The translations under genes and the position numbers were made by a program. A model generated the notes under the pieces. That model was not told where the DNA came from, searched no databases, and saw only the letters and a list, made by a program, of their open reading frames with translations. From NCBI GenBank assembly GCA_963809485.1, contig CAWEJX010000005.1, positions 43,425 through 107,424 on the forward strand: a stretch of 64,000 nt of DNA, in the 5' to 3' direction. Source of the DNA: an uncultured Acidobacteriota bacterium. GTDB lineage: Bacteria; Acidobacteriota; UBA6911. Shown here piece after piece: positions 1 to 9,865 of the stretch (the stretch's first letter is position 1; each line of letters begins with the position of its first letter).

Positions 1-228
1 GACCCCTGTGAAGTGAATCGGCGATTCCACCGCTTTCTTTATCGCCCCGACCGGGTCGATAGTGCCGCTTTGCTTGGTATCGAGCGCCAGGACCGGACTG
101 AAAACGAGCACCGAGACGGCGAGCCCTGCCAGTCCGGCGGCTGCAGCGCAGCAGAGCCGCAGGCGGCGAGCCCGGCGGCATTGTGCTGCTTCCGAAGGCA
201 TAGGAGTCTGGTTCCAGAGGGTGATCAC
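1..228 (-). CDS. 5' part of probable PilP-position type IV pilus assembly protein (runs off window start)
   Basis: GTG at 228 overlaps the pilO stop (GTGA); open frame VITLWNQTPMPS...RRLRLCCAAAAGLAGLAVSVLVFSPVLALD with a signal-peptide-like segment; position after pilO. Confidence 0.55.
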   Translation of the reverse strand, partial: MITLWNQTPMPSEAAQCRRARRLRLCCAAAAGLAGLAVSVLVFSPVLALDTKQSGTIDPVGAIKKAVESPIHFTGV

Positions 229-851
229 AGCTTCTTCTCCTTCTTTTTACCCTTCACCGCTGCTTCCGGCTCCACAACCTGGTCTTCCCTGAACACGAAC
301 GTGGTCGCCGTGCAGCTGGCATTGAGAGTTTTGGACCTGTCCACGGAATTTTCGAGGGCTTTGATGGAAATGGTGTCGACATCGATGATGCGGGTCGCCT
401 GTCCCACCTTTTCGAAAAACAGTCCCAGGCCGTCGTAGTTGCCTTCCACCTCGATAAGGATCGGCCAGTCGGAATAAAAGGCGCGCGGCACCACCGGTTG
501 CGGGGTGAATTTGTTGATCTTGAGGTTGCTGGACGCGGCCATCTGCTGCACGCTTCTCAGGACCGTCGGCGTTTCCTTTTGAGCGGGCAATATGCTTTGC
601 AGCACAACCAGTCGCTGCTCCAGCTGCACCAGTTCGTCCTTGAACCGTTTGAGCCGGCTTTCGATTGCCGCTCCCTTCGCCACGGTCTTTTCCAGGCGCG
701 CAACTTCGGTCTGGAGCTTTTTGTGCTCCTGGGTGAGGTCCTGCACAAAATACCAGTAAAAGGCAAATGACACGGCGGCCATCAGAACGCTGAAGACGGC
801 AATCTGGGTGGACCGGGGAAGGCTGTCAAAGCGAAAATTTTTGAGATCCAT
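225..851 (-). CDS. pilO: Type IVa pilus assembly protein PilO
   Basis: N-terminal TM helix, coiled coil, ILPAQKETPTVL...IEVEGNYDGLGLFFEKVGQATRIIDV; order pilM-N-O. Confidence 0.9.
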   Translation of the reverse strand: MDLKNFRFDSLPRSTQIAVFSVLMAAVSFAFYWYFVQDLTQEHKKLQTEVARLEKTVAKGAAIESRLKRFKDELVQLEQRLVVLQSILPAQKETPTVLRSVQQMAASSNLKINKFTPQPVVPRAFYSDWPILIEVEGNYDGLGLFFEKVGQATRIIDVDTISIKALENSVDRSKTLNASCTATTFVFREDQVVEPEAAVKGKKKEKKL

Positions 852-855
852 TCCT

Positions 856-1425
856 TCAATCCTCCTTCGGTCTCGACAGGCTCGTACAGAGGAGCGAAAA
901 TTTGGCGGAGTCCTGCTCCTTCTGGCTTTCGATCAGCTCGAGGTCCACGGTTTGAAAAATGCCGCTGGCAGCAAGGTTGCTCATGAAGTCGGGAATCGTC
1001 TCGGTGTTGCGCGTGAATCCCGCGATTTTTACGAGATCTTTTTTCTGGGTGAGGTTGGTCAGCCACATCAGCCCGTCCTTCGGCATGCTTTGGATGACGT
1101 TGTTGAGAAGGAGCACCGGCCCTTTCTGATTTTCCTTCAATTTTTCGATGATCTCGATTCTGCTGAGGCGGAGCTGCTTCAATTCCTCGTATTTTTGAAT
1201 CTCGTTTTCCAGTTCCTTAAGGCGGGCTTCCTCGGCGCGGAGGACTTTGCGTTTTTGCGTGCAGGCCTTGATCTGCTGGCCGACATAGAAGTACCAGCCG
1301 ACCATGCCTCCCGCAGCCAGGAGAAAAATGGCCAGAAATATCAGCCCCATCCGGGACACGGTCGGTGTTGTGAATTTCGTGGGCACCTTGACCGTTTGAT
1401 CTTTCAGCAGGTTTACCTTAATCAT
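856..1425 (-). CDS. pilN: Type IVa pilus assembly protein PilN
   Basis: Starts MIKVNLL (PilM-binding INLL-type motif), then TM helix, coiled coil, MWLTNL. Confidence 0.9.
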   Translation of the reverse strand: MIKVNLLKDQTVKVPTKFTTPTVSRMGLIFLAIFLLAAGGMVGWYFYVGQQIKACTQKRKVLRAEEARLKELENEIQKYEELKQLRLSRIEIIEKLKENQKGPVLLLNNVIQSMPKDGLMWLTNLTQKKDLVKIAGFTRNTETIPDFMSNLAASGIFQTVDLELIESQKEQDSAKFSLLCTSLSRPKED

Positions 1426-1432
1426 AACCGCT

Positions 1433-2494
1433 CTATTCCTCGGCGCTCCGCAGCGCCAAACCGATTGCGATCGCGAGATCCGGAGCACGATCCACGATCA
1501 TGGAAGATGAGAATCGCTTTGGGTCGAAGCTTATTTTTTTGAACGCGTTGAATTTTTCGGTCGGGATATCGAACTTCTGTGAGAGCGTTTCTATCAATCC
1601 GGGCGTGTGTGCGGCGCCGCCGCTGACGATCATGCGGTCGATGCGGTCCACCGTCGTCGTTGATTTGAAGAAATCGTAGGTCTTCTGTATTTCCAGGCAG
1701 AGGATCTCGGTCACCGAATCGATGACGTGGCGCGCCTCGGCGGGATCGATGTTCTCTACCGGCTCTCCGTGCTTTAGCGCCTGGGCCTGGCTGTAGCTGA
1801 GGTTGAACTCCTTCTGCAGGAATTCGGTGTACTGGTGTCCTCCGACCCCGACATCCCGCGTAAACAGGAAATCGGTTCCCGAGACGATGTTGATCGTCAT
1901 GGTGCGGGCGCCGATGTCGAGCAGGGCCACGGTATTCTGGCCTGCCGGCTCGTAGTTGGCCTCGTAAGCATTCTGCAGGGCAAAAGCGTCCACATCGATC
2001 AGCACCGGCGTCTTGCCTGCCATTTTGATGACGCTGGTGTAATCGGTGACCTTGTCCTTTTTGACGGCCACCAGCAGGATGTCCAGATTCCCAGTGCCGG
2101 CGTTTTCACCCAGGACCTGGTAGTCCAGGTTGACGTCGGAGATGTCAAAAGGAATGTACTGCTCGGCCTCCCAGCGGATCGATTCGGCCAGATCCTCGTC
2201 GCTTTGCACGGGCAATGCGATTTTTTTTACGATTACCGAGTGGCCCGAAATCGAGGTGGTGACGCGTCCGTTTTTGATGCCCTGTTGAGTGAAGATGCGG
2301 CTGATGGCGTCCGAGACGGGCAATTTGGAGATAATCACTCCGTCAACGATGCAATCCGGGGAGAGCTCTTCGATGCCGAGGCTGACCAGCTCGAAGCCTC
2401 CTTTGCGGGCCGGACGGAGTTCGGCGGCCTTTAAACAGCTCGAGCCGATGTCGAGACCCACTGCCTGCTTGTTGCGATTTAAAAGACTTAGCAT
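1433..2494 (-). CDS. pilM: Type IVa pilus assembly protein PilM (actin-like)
   Basis: VGLDIGSS, WEAEQYIPF, LDIGA, SGGAA motifs. Confidence 0.95.
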   Translation of the reverse strand: MLSLLNRNKQAVGLDIGSSCLKAAELRPARKGGFELVSLGIEELSPDCIVDGVIISKLPVSDAISRIFTQQGIKNGRVTTSISGHSVIVKKIALPVQSDEDLAESIRWEAEQYIPFDISDVNLDYQVLGENAGTGNLDILLVAVKKDKVTDYTSVIKMAGKTPVLIDVDAFALQNAYEANYEPAGQNTVALLDIGARTMTINIVSGTDFLFTRDVGVGGHQYTEFLQKEFNLSYSQAQALKHGEPVENIDPAEARHVIDSVTEILCLEIQKTYDFFKSTTTVDRIDRMIVSGGAAHTPGLIETLSQKFDIPTEKFNAFKKISFDPKRFSSSMIVDRAPDLAIAIGLALRSAEE

Positions 2495-2713
2495 AGTTTG
2501 TGCGCCTGGATATTTAGGTTTTTCCGAGGGCCTTTGAGGGGGAGGTTAATTTTTTGATTCAGGGATTTCATACGATATTCCGCGAACCTCACCCTGCCCA
2601 CATGCAGGGTTTCGTTACCCTTATCGTTCTGTTTGGCAATCCAATTGCGCTTTTTTCTGGATATTTCTGGTGACGGCGGTCACAAATACTCCGGATTGCC
2701 GGCGACAAAAGCT

Positions 2714-2762
2714 GAACGGTCAACGTTCAAACGTTGAAACGTTAGAACGTTCGAACGTTGAA
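2714..2762. repeat. AACGTT-core 7/8-bp tandem array (family D)
   Basis: aacggtc aacgttca aacgttga aacgttag aacgttcg aacgttg. Confidence 0.85.
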
Positions 2763-2967
2763 GACGGCAACCATGGATCTGCCGCATGAGACCTGCAACC
2801 GATCTCCCCCATCAGGAATGTTTCGCCTCCCGCCCATTTATTTCACCCAAAAATTCATGGTGCAATAATAAGGATGAAGGCATTGGCCGGCCTCTGCTAC
2901 TGCAGGCGGTTACGGATAGGGCGTGAAACCTGGAAGGTGGAACGTGGAATGTGACACCGGTAGCCCC

Positions 2968-3277
2968 TAATTAGTTTCTGTCGCGAAACTGGTTTGTGCC
3001 GCGTAGCGGCACTATGATTTTAGCCCGGCCTTTCAAGGCCGGGAACCATGGTACAGCGAGCAGCGCGTCGCGTAGCGACGCCTGAGATTCAGCCGTCGCT
3101 ACGCGACGGAAAACTTAACTCCTTTCGATCCAGGCCTTAAAAGGCCTGGCTAAATTCAGCTGGCCGCTACGCGGCCTGACTCCAATTATCGGCTTCCATG
3201 TAATATCAAATATCCTATTGACGGTTGAAAAATTTGGCTTTTTCACAAAACCCGAGTTTCGCGACAGGAACTAATTA
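2968..3277. mobile_element. Non-autonomous TIR MITE with internal REP-like palindromes (family B, copy 1)
   Basis: Ends TAATTAGTTTCTGTCGCGAAACT / AGTTTCGCGACAGGAACTAATTA; internal GCCGCGTAGCGGC, CCCGGCCTTTCAAGGCCGGG, GTCGCGTAGCGAC; copies at 31037 and 58680. Confidence 0.85.
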
Positions 3278-3673
3278 CATTGGTAACCCCCGACTCTGCC
3301 GGGGGACTCAAAGAGTTTGACAGCTCCGTATTTTGAAACGCTGAGAAACGCTGATAAAAGCGCGGACAAACACCGATTTGTTCGGCGAGGGTCGGCGAGC
3401 AAAAGCCGAAGAGGCGCTTCCGATGGAGTTTTCTGCGGCGGCACTGTGGCAAACGCCCGGTTTCTCATGCCCTTCATCTCCTTGCCGCACGGCGCTTGCC
3501 ACAGTGCCGCCGCAGAAAACTGTCCAGCGCGGAGCGCTGGCCCCTGCGGGGATCGGAAGCGCCTCATCGGCTTTTGCCGGCGTAAGTCAGCGTTCAAGAC
3601 CGGCGTAACTAGTCCAACCGCTTTGAGCGGTTCAAATCTTTCAAGCCTCCGGCTTTGCCGGAAGTACCTGACT
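3272..3673 (+). mobile_element. Non-autonomous IS200/IS605-like element (family A, full nested form)
   Basis: Left hairpin CCCCCGACTCTGCCGGGGG, right hairpins AACCGCTTTGAGCGGTT and CCTCCGGCTTTGCCGGAAG, ends CCTGACT; no ORF; 8 copies or part-copies in window. Confidence 0.8.
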
Positions 3674-3848
3674 GGGAGTGTTTGGCATGGATCCTGTTAT
3701 TTTACCCAATATGGTTGAGTTGGCGGTTCCTGCCAACCACCTTCCACGTTCCACTTTCCACCTTCCACCCACAGCATGCAGGCCGCTATTTCCAGACGAT
3801 TTCCGTGCAAAAATGGTGAGATTATTGAATGGAAAACGCCAATTCCTC

Positions 3849-3877
3849 TTGACACGCTATCCTGTCTTAGATAGCCT
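3849..3877 (+). promoter_or_regulatory. Putative sigma-70 promoter of rplM operon
   Basis: TTGACA-N17-TAGCCT upstream of rplM. Confidence 0.6.
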
Positions 3878-3924
3878 AAAAGATTGTTCTACTTGGTAGT
3901 TAACTGAGGGAGAGGGTGAGGGTA

Positions 3925-4353
3925 ATGAAGAGTTATATCCCCCAAGCGAAGGATATTGAGCAGAAGTGGCATGTTATAGACGCCGAAGGGCAGATCCTGG
4001 GCAGGCTGGCCACTCGTGCGGCGCGGCTCCTCATGGGCAAGGAAAAGCCGATTTATACGCCCTTTCTCGACACAGGAGATCATGTCATCATCATCAATGC
4101 CGGCAAGGTAAAGCTTACGGGCAAGAAGCTGACCGACAAGATGTATCGTCATCATACCGGGTATCCCGGAGGATTGAGGGAAACGGCGGCCGGAGTTTTG
4201 CTGTCCAAAGATCCCGGAAAACTTGTGCGTGAAGCCGTGATCGGCATGCTGCCCAAATCCAAGCTGGGGCATGTCATGAGGAAAAAATTGAAGGTGTATG
4301 CGGGTCCCCAGCATCCGCATCAGGCCCAGCAGCCAACGCCGCTGGACCTTTAG
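3925..4353 (+). CDS. rplM: 50S ribosomal protein L13
   Basis: [31 protein letters not shown]. Confidence 0.98.
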   Translation: MKSYIPQAKDIEQKWHVIDAEGQILGRLATRAARLLMGKEKPIYTPFLDTGDHVIIINAGKVKLTGKKLTDKMYRHHTGYPGGLRETAAGVLLSKDPGKLVREAVIGMLPKSKLGHVMRKKLKVYAGPQHPHQAQQPTPLDL

Positions 4354-4404
4354 TCCAAAGTGAAAACAACGGATTTTACATTTTGCGTCAAGCTAAGGAG
4401 TTGA

Positions 4405-4797
4405 ATGGCGATCGTTGAATACTACGGAACGGGAAAGAGGAAGAGCTCCACGGCTCGTGTGCGTCTTTTGCCCGGAGCGGGCCAGGTCACGGTCAACAAG
4501 CGCGACCTGAGCATTTATTTTAAAAGTGACACCCAGCGTACGGTGGTGCGCTATCCGCTCGCCGTTACGGACAACCTGGGCAAGTTTGACATCCGCGCCA
4601 TCGTGAACGGCGGCGGCACTTCCGGCCAGGCGGGCGCCATCCGGCTTGGGATTGCCAACGCGCTTCTCGAGTTCAACGCGGAGCTGCGGCCCAGGCTGAA
4701 GAAGGCCGGGCTGCTCAGCCGCGACTCCCGCATCAAGGAACGGAAGAAATACGGTCAAAAGGGTGCTCGCAAGAGATTCCAATTCTCGAAACGGTAG
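4405..4797 (+). CDS. rpsI: 30S ribosomal protein S9
   Basis: [20 protein letters not shown]-terminal [19 protein letters not shown]. Confidence 0.98.
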   Translation: MAIVEYYGTGKRKSSTARVRLLPGAGQVTVNKRDLSIYFKSDTQRTVVRYPLAVTDNLGKFDIRAIVNGGGTSGQAGAIRLGIANALLEFNAELRPRLKKAGLLSRDSRIKERKKYGQKGARKRFQFSKR

Positions 4798-4813
4798 CCG
4801 GAGGAGGTTCTAG

Positions 4814-5909
4814 TTGGTTTCCATAACCATGAAGCAATTGCTGGAGTCGGGGGTGCATTTCGGCCACCAGACGAAACGCTGGAATCCGAAGATGAAGGAG
4901 TACATCTTCGGGCAGAGAAACGGCATCTACATCATTGATTTGCAGAAGAGCCTCAGGCTTTTCAAGAATGCGATTCAGTTCGTGTACGAGCTGGGAGATG
5001 CAGGGGAAGACGATCCTGTTTCTGGGCACCAAACGCCAGGCCCAGGAAGCGATCCAGGAAGCGGCCCAGCGCACCTCCATGTACTATGTCAACCAGAGAT
5101 GGCTGGGCGGCCTGCTGACAAACTTTGTCACGATCCAGAAGAGCATCAAGAGATTCCGCGAACTGGAAACCATGCGCGCCAACGGGCAGTACGACCTGTT
5201 CTCCAAGAAGGAAATCGCGCGCTACGAGCGCGAGCGGAAAAAGCTGGAGAAGAACCTGTCCGGCATCAAGGACATGGCCAGCCTGCCCGACGCCCTCTTC
5301 GTCATCGACACAAGGCTTGAAACGATCGCCATCAAGGAAGCCGCCAAGCTGGGCATTCCCATCATCGGCGTAGCCGACACCAACTGCGATCCCGACGATA
5401 TCGACTACATCATCCCGGGCAACGACGACGCGCTGCGCGCCATCCGCCTGATCACGGAAACGATTGCCCAGGCATACCTGGAAGGCAGGACGGTATTCGA
5501 GGCCCAGCAGAAGGAGCTGGCGGAGCAGATGGAGAAGCAGCGGCAGATCCAGGCGCAGCAGGCTGCGGCCGCGCGCGAAGCGGCTGCCAGGGTTGCCGCC
5601 GAAGCAGCAGCCCGCAGGGCTGCCGAGGGCGGGGAGGCAGCGGAACATGCGGCGGGCGCCGCTGAGGGATCTGCACCCTCGGGCGAAGCTCCGGCCAGGC
5701 CGAAAACCACGGTGCGTAAGGCACTCCAGCGAAAAGCCAAACCCAGAAGACCCGAGCCGGCGGTTCCGGCGGAAGCTCCCGCAGCTTCGGCAGAAGCATC
5801 CGCCGCTCCGGCAGAAGCCCCCGCTGCGCCGCAACCCGCGGATGCACCGGCGAATCCGCCGGAGGCGGAGGGAGAGCCGTCCGAAAACCAGAATCTCTCA
5901 GGCAATTAG
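4814..5909 (+). CDS. rpsB: 30S ribosomal protein S2 (one extra base near 4995-4998; long Ala/Pro/Glu tail)
   Basis: Frame from 4814 gives [19 protein letters not shown]; the next frame continues [13 protein letters not shown]...RWLGGLLTN...DTNCDPD...PGNDDA. Confidence 0.93.
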
Positions 5910-5946
5910 CCGGCGTTTCGATACACTTTTTATTTCTTGGAACCAG

Positions 5947-5982
5947 ACTCCGATTCCCGGAAAACCGGGAATCGGAGTTTTT
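5947..5982 (+). terminator. Intrinsic terminator or attenuator between rpsB and tsf
   Basis: 14-bp perfect stem ACTCCGATTCCCGG-AAAA-CCGGGAATCGGAGT followed by TTTT. Confidence 0.65.
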
Positions 5983-6058
5983 GCATGATCTGTGTGTGAG
6001 ACCGCGCGCAGGTCTGCGGGTGCGAGGGTTTGAAAAAGAGCAAACCAGGAGGCATGAA

Positions 6059-6655
6059 ATGGCCATTTCCGCAGAAGCGGTAAAGGAACTCAGAGAAAAA
6101 ACCGGCGTCGGATTTATGGAATGCAAAAGCGCCCTGCAGGAAGCGAACGGCGACATCGAAAACGCCATCGTGATCCTGCGCAAGAGGGGGCTGGCTTCCC
6201 TGGCCAAGAAATCCGGCCGTGAAACGAAGGACGGCCTGATCGGCTGCTACATACACAACGGCAAGATCGGCGTCATGCTGGAAGTGAATTGCGAGACGGA
6301 CTTCGTGGCCCGGAATCCCGATTTTCAGACGCTGGTGAAAGACCTCGCCATGCACATCGCGGCAAGCGATCCGCGCTTCATCCGCAAGGAAGATGTAACC
6401 CCGGATGTTTTGGCCAAAGAGCGCGAGATTTACGCCGAGCAGGCAAAGGCAACGGGCAAGCCGGAAAACGTTCTGGAGAAGATCGTCGAAGGGCGCATGT
6501 CCAAATACTATTCGGAAGCCTGCCTCCTGGAACAGCCTTTCGTGAAGGATCCCGCGATCAGCGTGCGCGATCACATCGCGGCCCACATCCAGAAGATCGG
6601 GGAAAATATCCAGGTGCGGCGCTTTGTGCGCTACAAGCTGGGCGAATCCCTTTAG
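6059..6655 (+). CDS. tsf: Elongation factor Ts (short form)
   Basis: VKELREKTGVGFMECK, EVNCETDFVA; RBS AGGAGG. Confidence 0.97.
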   Translation: MAISAEAVKELREKTGVGFMECKSALQEANGDIENAIVILRKRGLASLAKKSGRETKDGLIGCYIHNGKIGVMLEVNCETDFVARNPDFQTLVKDLAMHIAASDPRFIRKEDVTPDVLAKEREIYAEQAKATGKPENVLEKIVEGRMSKYYSEACLLEQPFVKDPAISVRDHIAAHIQKIGENIQVRRFVRYKLGESL

Positions 6656-6704
6656 TGCGGCGCCGGCATAACGCGGACGGACGCAGATACAACAGGGAGG
6701 CGGC

Positions 6705-7436
<732 letters not shown>

Positions 7437-7484
7437 TCCCCGCTTCTTCGGCAGGCCCGTGCTTTGCATGGAGGATAGAACCTG

Positions 7485-8042
7485 ATGATCCGACAGACGA
7501 TTGATTTCACCAGGAAGGGAATGGAAAAATGCGTGGAGGATATGGGGCAAAACCTGGCTACGATCCGGACAGGGCGCGCCTCTGTCAGTATCCTCGATCA
7601 CATCCAGGCCAACTATTACGGCACCCCCACCCCTCTGAACCAGATGGCATCCCTCTCGACGCCGGACCCGACCCTGATCGTCATCCAGCCGTGGGATCCC
7701 TCGACCATTGCGGCCATCGAGAAGGCCATCCTGGTATCCGATCTGGGTTTGACTCCCACGAACGACGGAAAGGTCATCCGGCTGCCCATCCCTCCGCTCA
7801 CCCAGGAGAGGCGCAAGCAGCTGGCCAAATCGGTCGCGCACATCGGCGAGCAGCACAAGGTTGCAGTGCGCCAGGTCCGCCACGACGCGAACGATCAGCT
7901 CAAAACCTACCTCAAGGACAAGAAGATCTCCGAGGACGAAGAGAAGGATGCCCTGAAAAAAGTCCAGGACATGACCAACACCTATATCGGGAAAATTGAA
8001 GAGCTTCAGAAAAAAAAGGAATCCGAAATTCTCGAGATCTGA
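7485..8042 (+). CDS. frr: Ribosome recycling factor
   Basis: IRTGRA, YYGTPTPLNQ, DLGLTPTNDG, PPLTQERRK. Confidence 0.97.
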   Translation: MIRQTIDFTRKGMEKCVEDMGQNLATIRTGRASVSILDHIQANYYGTPTPLNQMASLSTPDPTLIVIQPWDPSTIAAIEKAILVSDLGLTPTNDGKVIRLPIPPLTQERRKQLAKSVAHIGEQHKVAVRQVRHDANDQLKTYLKDKKISEDEEKDALKKVQDMTNTYIGKIEELQKKKESEILEI

Positions 8043-8205
8043 TCTTCTGCAGGCCGTCATTACAATGGTTGCAGGCCTCGAATCTCGGGTCGCAGGTCAA
8101 AAGCCCGGGATTTTCAGCCTGCAGCCTGAGACCTGAAACCTCCAGCAGCATCTGAATAGTTTTGACCGCCGGCCATGTTTTGCCGATAAGCTGCCAAAGG
8201 TTCGT

Positions 8206-8850
8206 ATGATTGATTGGCTCAAAGACGCATTCCACCTGATCTCCGATGTGCAGGGCTTAATCCAATGGGGCGGGATGTTCCTTGTCTGCTCCATCATTTT
8301 TGTCGAGACCGGGCTTTTTTTCGGATTCTTTCTCCCGGGGGATTCGCTGCTGGTCACCGCCGGCATATTCTGCGCCGCAGGCCATCTCCCTCTGGGCTGG
8401 CTGCTGTTCCTTGTGCCCCTGTGCGCATTCACGGGCGATCAATTGGGCTACTGGATAGGGCGACGGGCGGGACAGGCTCTCTATAATAAGGAAGACTCTT
8501 TTCTTTTCAAGAAGCGGCACCTGGAAAGAGCCCGCGATTTCTATAACAAATACGGCGGGAAAACGCTGATTCTGGCGCGTTTCGTCCCGATCGTTCGAAC
8601 CTTCGTCCAGCCGGTGGCCGGCGCCGCCGGAATGAAATACCGCCGCTACGTCGGTTTCAGCATCCTGGGCGCATTCCTGTGGGTCTGGAGCATGGTGCTG
8701 CTCGGGTATTTCCTGGGTACGTCGGTCCCGAATGTCGACCAGAACATTCATATCGTCGTGGCGATAGTGGTTTTTGTGTCCCTATTGCCGGCTGTGTTTG
8801 AAGCCATACGGCAGAAGAGTCAGGCACCTCCGGCAAAGCCCGAAGCTTGA
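8206..8850 (+). CDS. DedA/VTT family membrane protein
   Basis: IFVETGLFFGFFLPGDSLL, ARFVPIVRTF; last codons and stop lie inside a family A right end. Confidence 0.92.
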   Translation: MIDWLKDAFHLISDVQGLIQWGGMFLVCSIIFVETGLFFGFFLPGDSLLVTAGIFCAAGHLPLGWLLFLVPLCAFTGDQLGYWIGRRAGQALYNKEDSFLFKKRHLERARDFYNKYGGKTLILARFVPIVRTFVQPVAGAAGMKYRRYVGFSILGAFLWVWSMVLLGYFLGTSVPNVDQNIHIVVAIVVFVSLLPAVFEAIRQKSQAPPAKPEA

Positions 8851-9018
8851 AAGATTGGAACCGCTCAATGCGGTTGGAGGAGTTACGCTGGTCTTGAACG
8901 CCGACCCTCGCCGAACAAATCGGCGTTTGTCAGCGCTTTTGCCAGCGTATCTCAGCGCCTCAAAATACGGAGCCGTCAAACTCCATGAGTCCTCGGCAGA
9001 GCCGGGGGTTTACCCATA
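8818..9018 (-). mobile_element. Family A element, short form lacking both inner inverted-repeat layers
   Basis: Reverse strand reads GGTAAACCCCCGGCTCTGCCGAGGACTC...GTCGGCG|TTCAAGACC...GCCGGAGGTGCCTGACT. Confidence 0.8.
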
Positions 9019-9086
9019 GAATCAAAAGCCCGCGGAAAGCGCTCCCGCCCGATCCGAAAAATCCATGCCTTTGATTGCCGCCGGGC

Positions 9087-9115
9087 TTGTAAGGCGGGCC
9101 ATCTTCGAGTAACAT
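9087..9115 (+). promoter_or_regulatory. Putative sigma-70 promoter of efp
   Basis: TTGTAA-N17-TAACAT. Confidence 0.45.
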
Positions 9116-9141
9116 GACGCATTTCCAACGGGGTTACGGGT

Positions 9142-9708
9142 ATGATGATTGCCGCTACACAGATAAAGCGGGGTATGACCATTAAGCTCAACGGGGAACT
9201 GTACCGGGTCTTCTCGTTTCAACACATCACGCCGGGGAACTGGCGGGGCATGGTTCAGACCAAGCTGAAATCCATTAAATCAGGTTCCATCATCGAGCAC
9301 CGGTTCCGCTCCGAAGACCGGGTCGAACAGGCTTACCTGGAAACCCTGGAAATGGAGTACCTGTATGCCGACGGCAGCGATTACCACTTCATGAACACTG
9401 AAACCTTCGAGCAGACTCACCTGTCGGCCGAAACGCTCGAAGATGCCATCCCCTTCATGACTCCGAATATCAAACTGCAGATCGAGTTCTACGAGGGAAG
9501 GGCGATCGGGGTGGAGATGCCCGCGTCCGTGGAACTGAAAGTGGTCTCGACCGAGCCTGCGCTGCGCGGCGCCACGGTGAGCAACGTGAACAAACCCGCG
9601 ACGCTCGAAACCGGTCTCGTCATCCAGGTCCCGCCCTTCATCAACGAAGGCGAACTCATCCGCGTGGATACCAGCGAAGGTAAGTACCTCGAGCGCGTAA
9701 AGAACTAA
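9142..9708 (+). CDS. efp: Elongation factor P (TPGNW loop)
   Basis: HITPGNWRGMVQTKL, KPATLETG, QVPPFINEGE, YLER. Confidence 0.96.
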   Translation: MMIAATQIKRGMTIKLNGELYRVFSFQHITPGNWRGMVQTKLKSIKSGSIIEHRFRSEDRVEQAYLETLEMEYLYADGSDYHFMNTETFEQTHLSAETLEDAIPFMTPNIKLQIEFYEGRAIGVEMPASVELKVVSTEPALRGATVSNVNKPATLETGLVIQVPPFINEGELIRVDTSEGKYLERVKN

Positions 9709-9793
9709 CGTGGAACGTTGAACGTTGGAACGTTCAAACGTTCAAACGTTTCCACCTTCTCCTCTCTCATCAAAAAAGTTCATCACTCGGTTA

Positions 9794-9822
9794 TTGCTTT
9801 CATGGTCGGTGTCTGGTAATTT
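9794..9822 (+). promoter_or_regulatory. Putative sigma-70 promoter of speA
   Basis: TTGCTT-N17-TAATTT with extended TG. Confidence 0.45.
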
Positions 9823-9865
9823 TTTCGGCTTGGCATTCGGCATAACCATGAGGTGATCTGAACCG

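Noticed and set aside
2584-2615. Hairpin in the pilM leader as a c-di-GMP riboswitch
   Set aside because: Single short stem (ACCCTGC/GCAGGGT) without the conserved class I or II motifs.
2634-2648. Sigma-54-like TGGCAATCCAATTGC
   Set aside because: Spacing is correct but it points away from pilM into a repeat-filled gap with no gene; cannot be supported without TSS data.
3243-3718. Recurrent 60-130 aa ORFs such as MPQCRRRK and MNADLR (also near 11800, 25300, 35900, 48600)
   Set aside because: They are translations of family A repeats in several frames, with no RBS or transposase motif.
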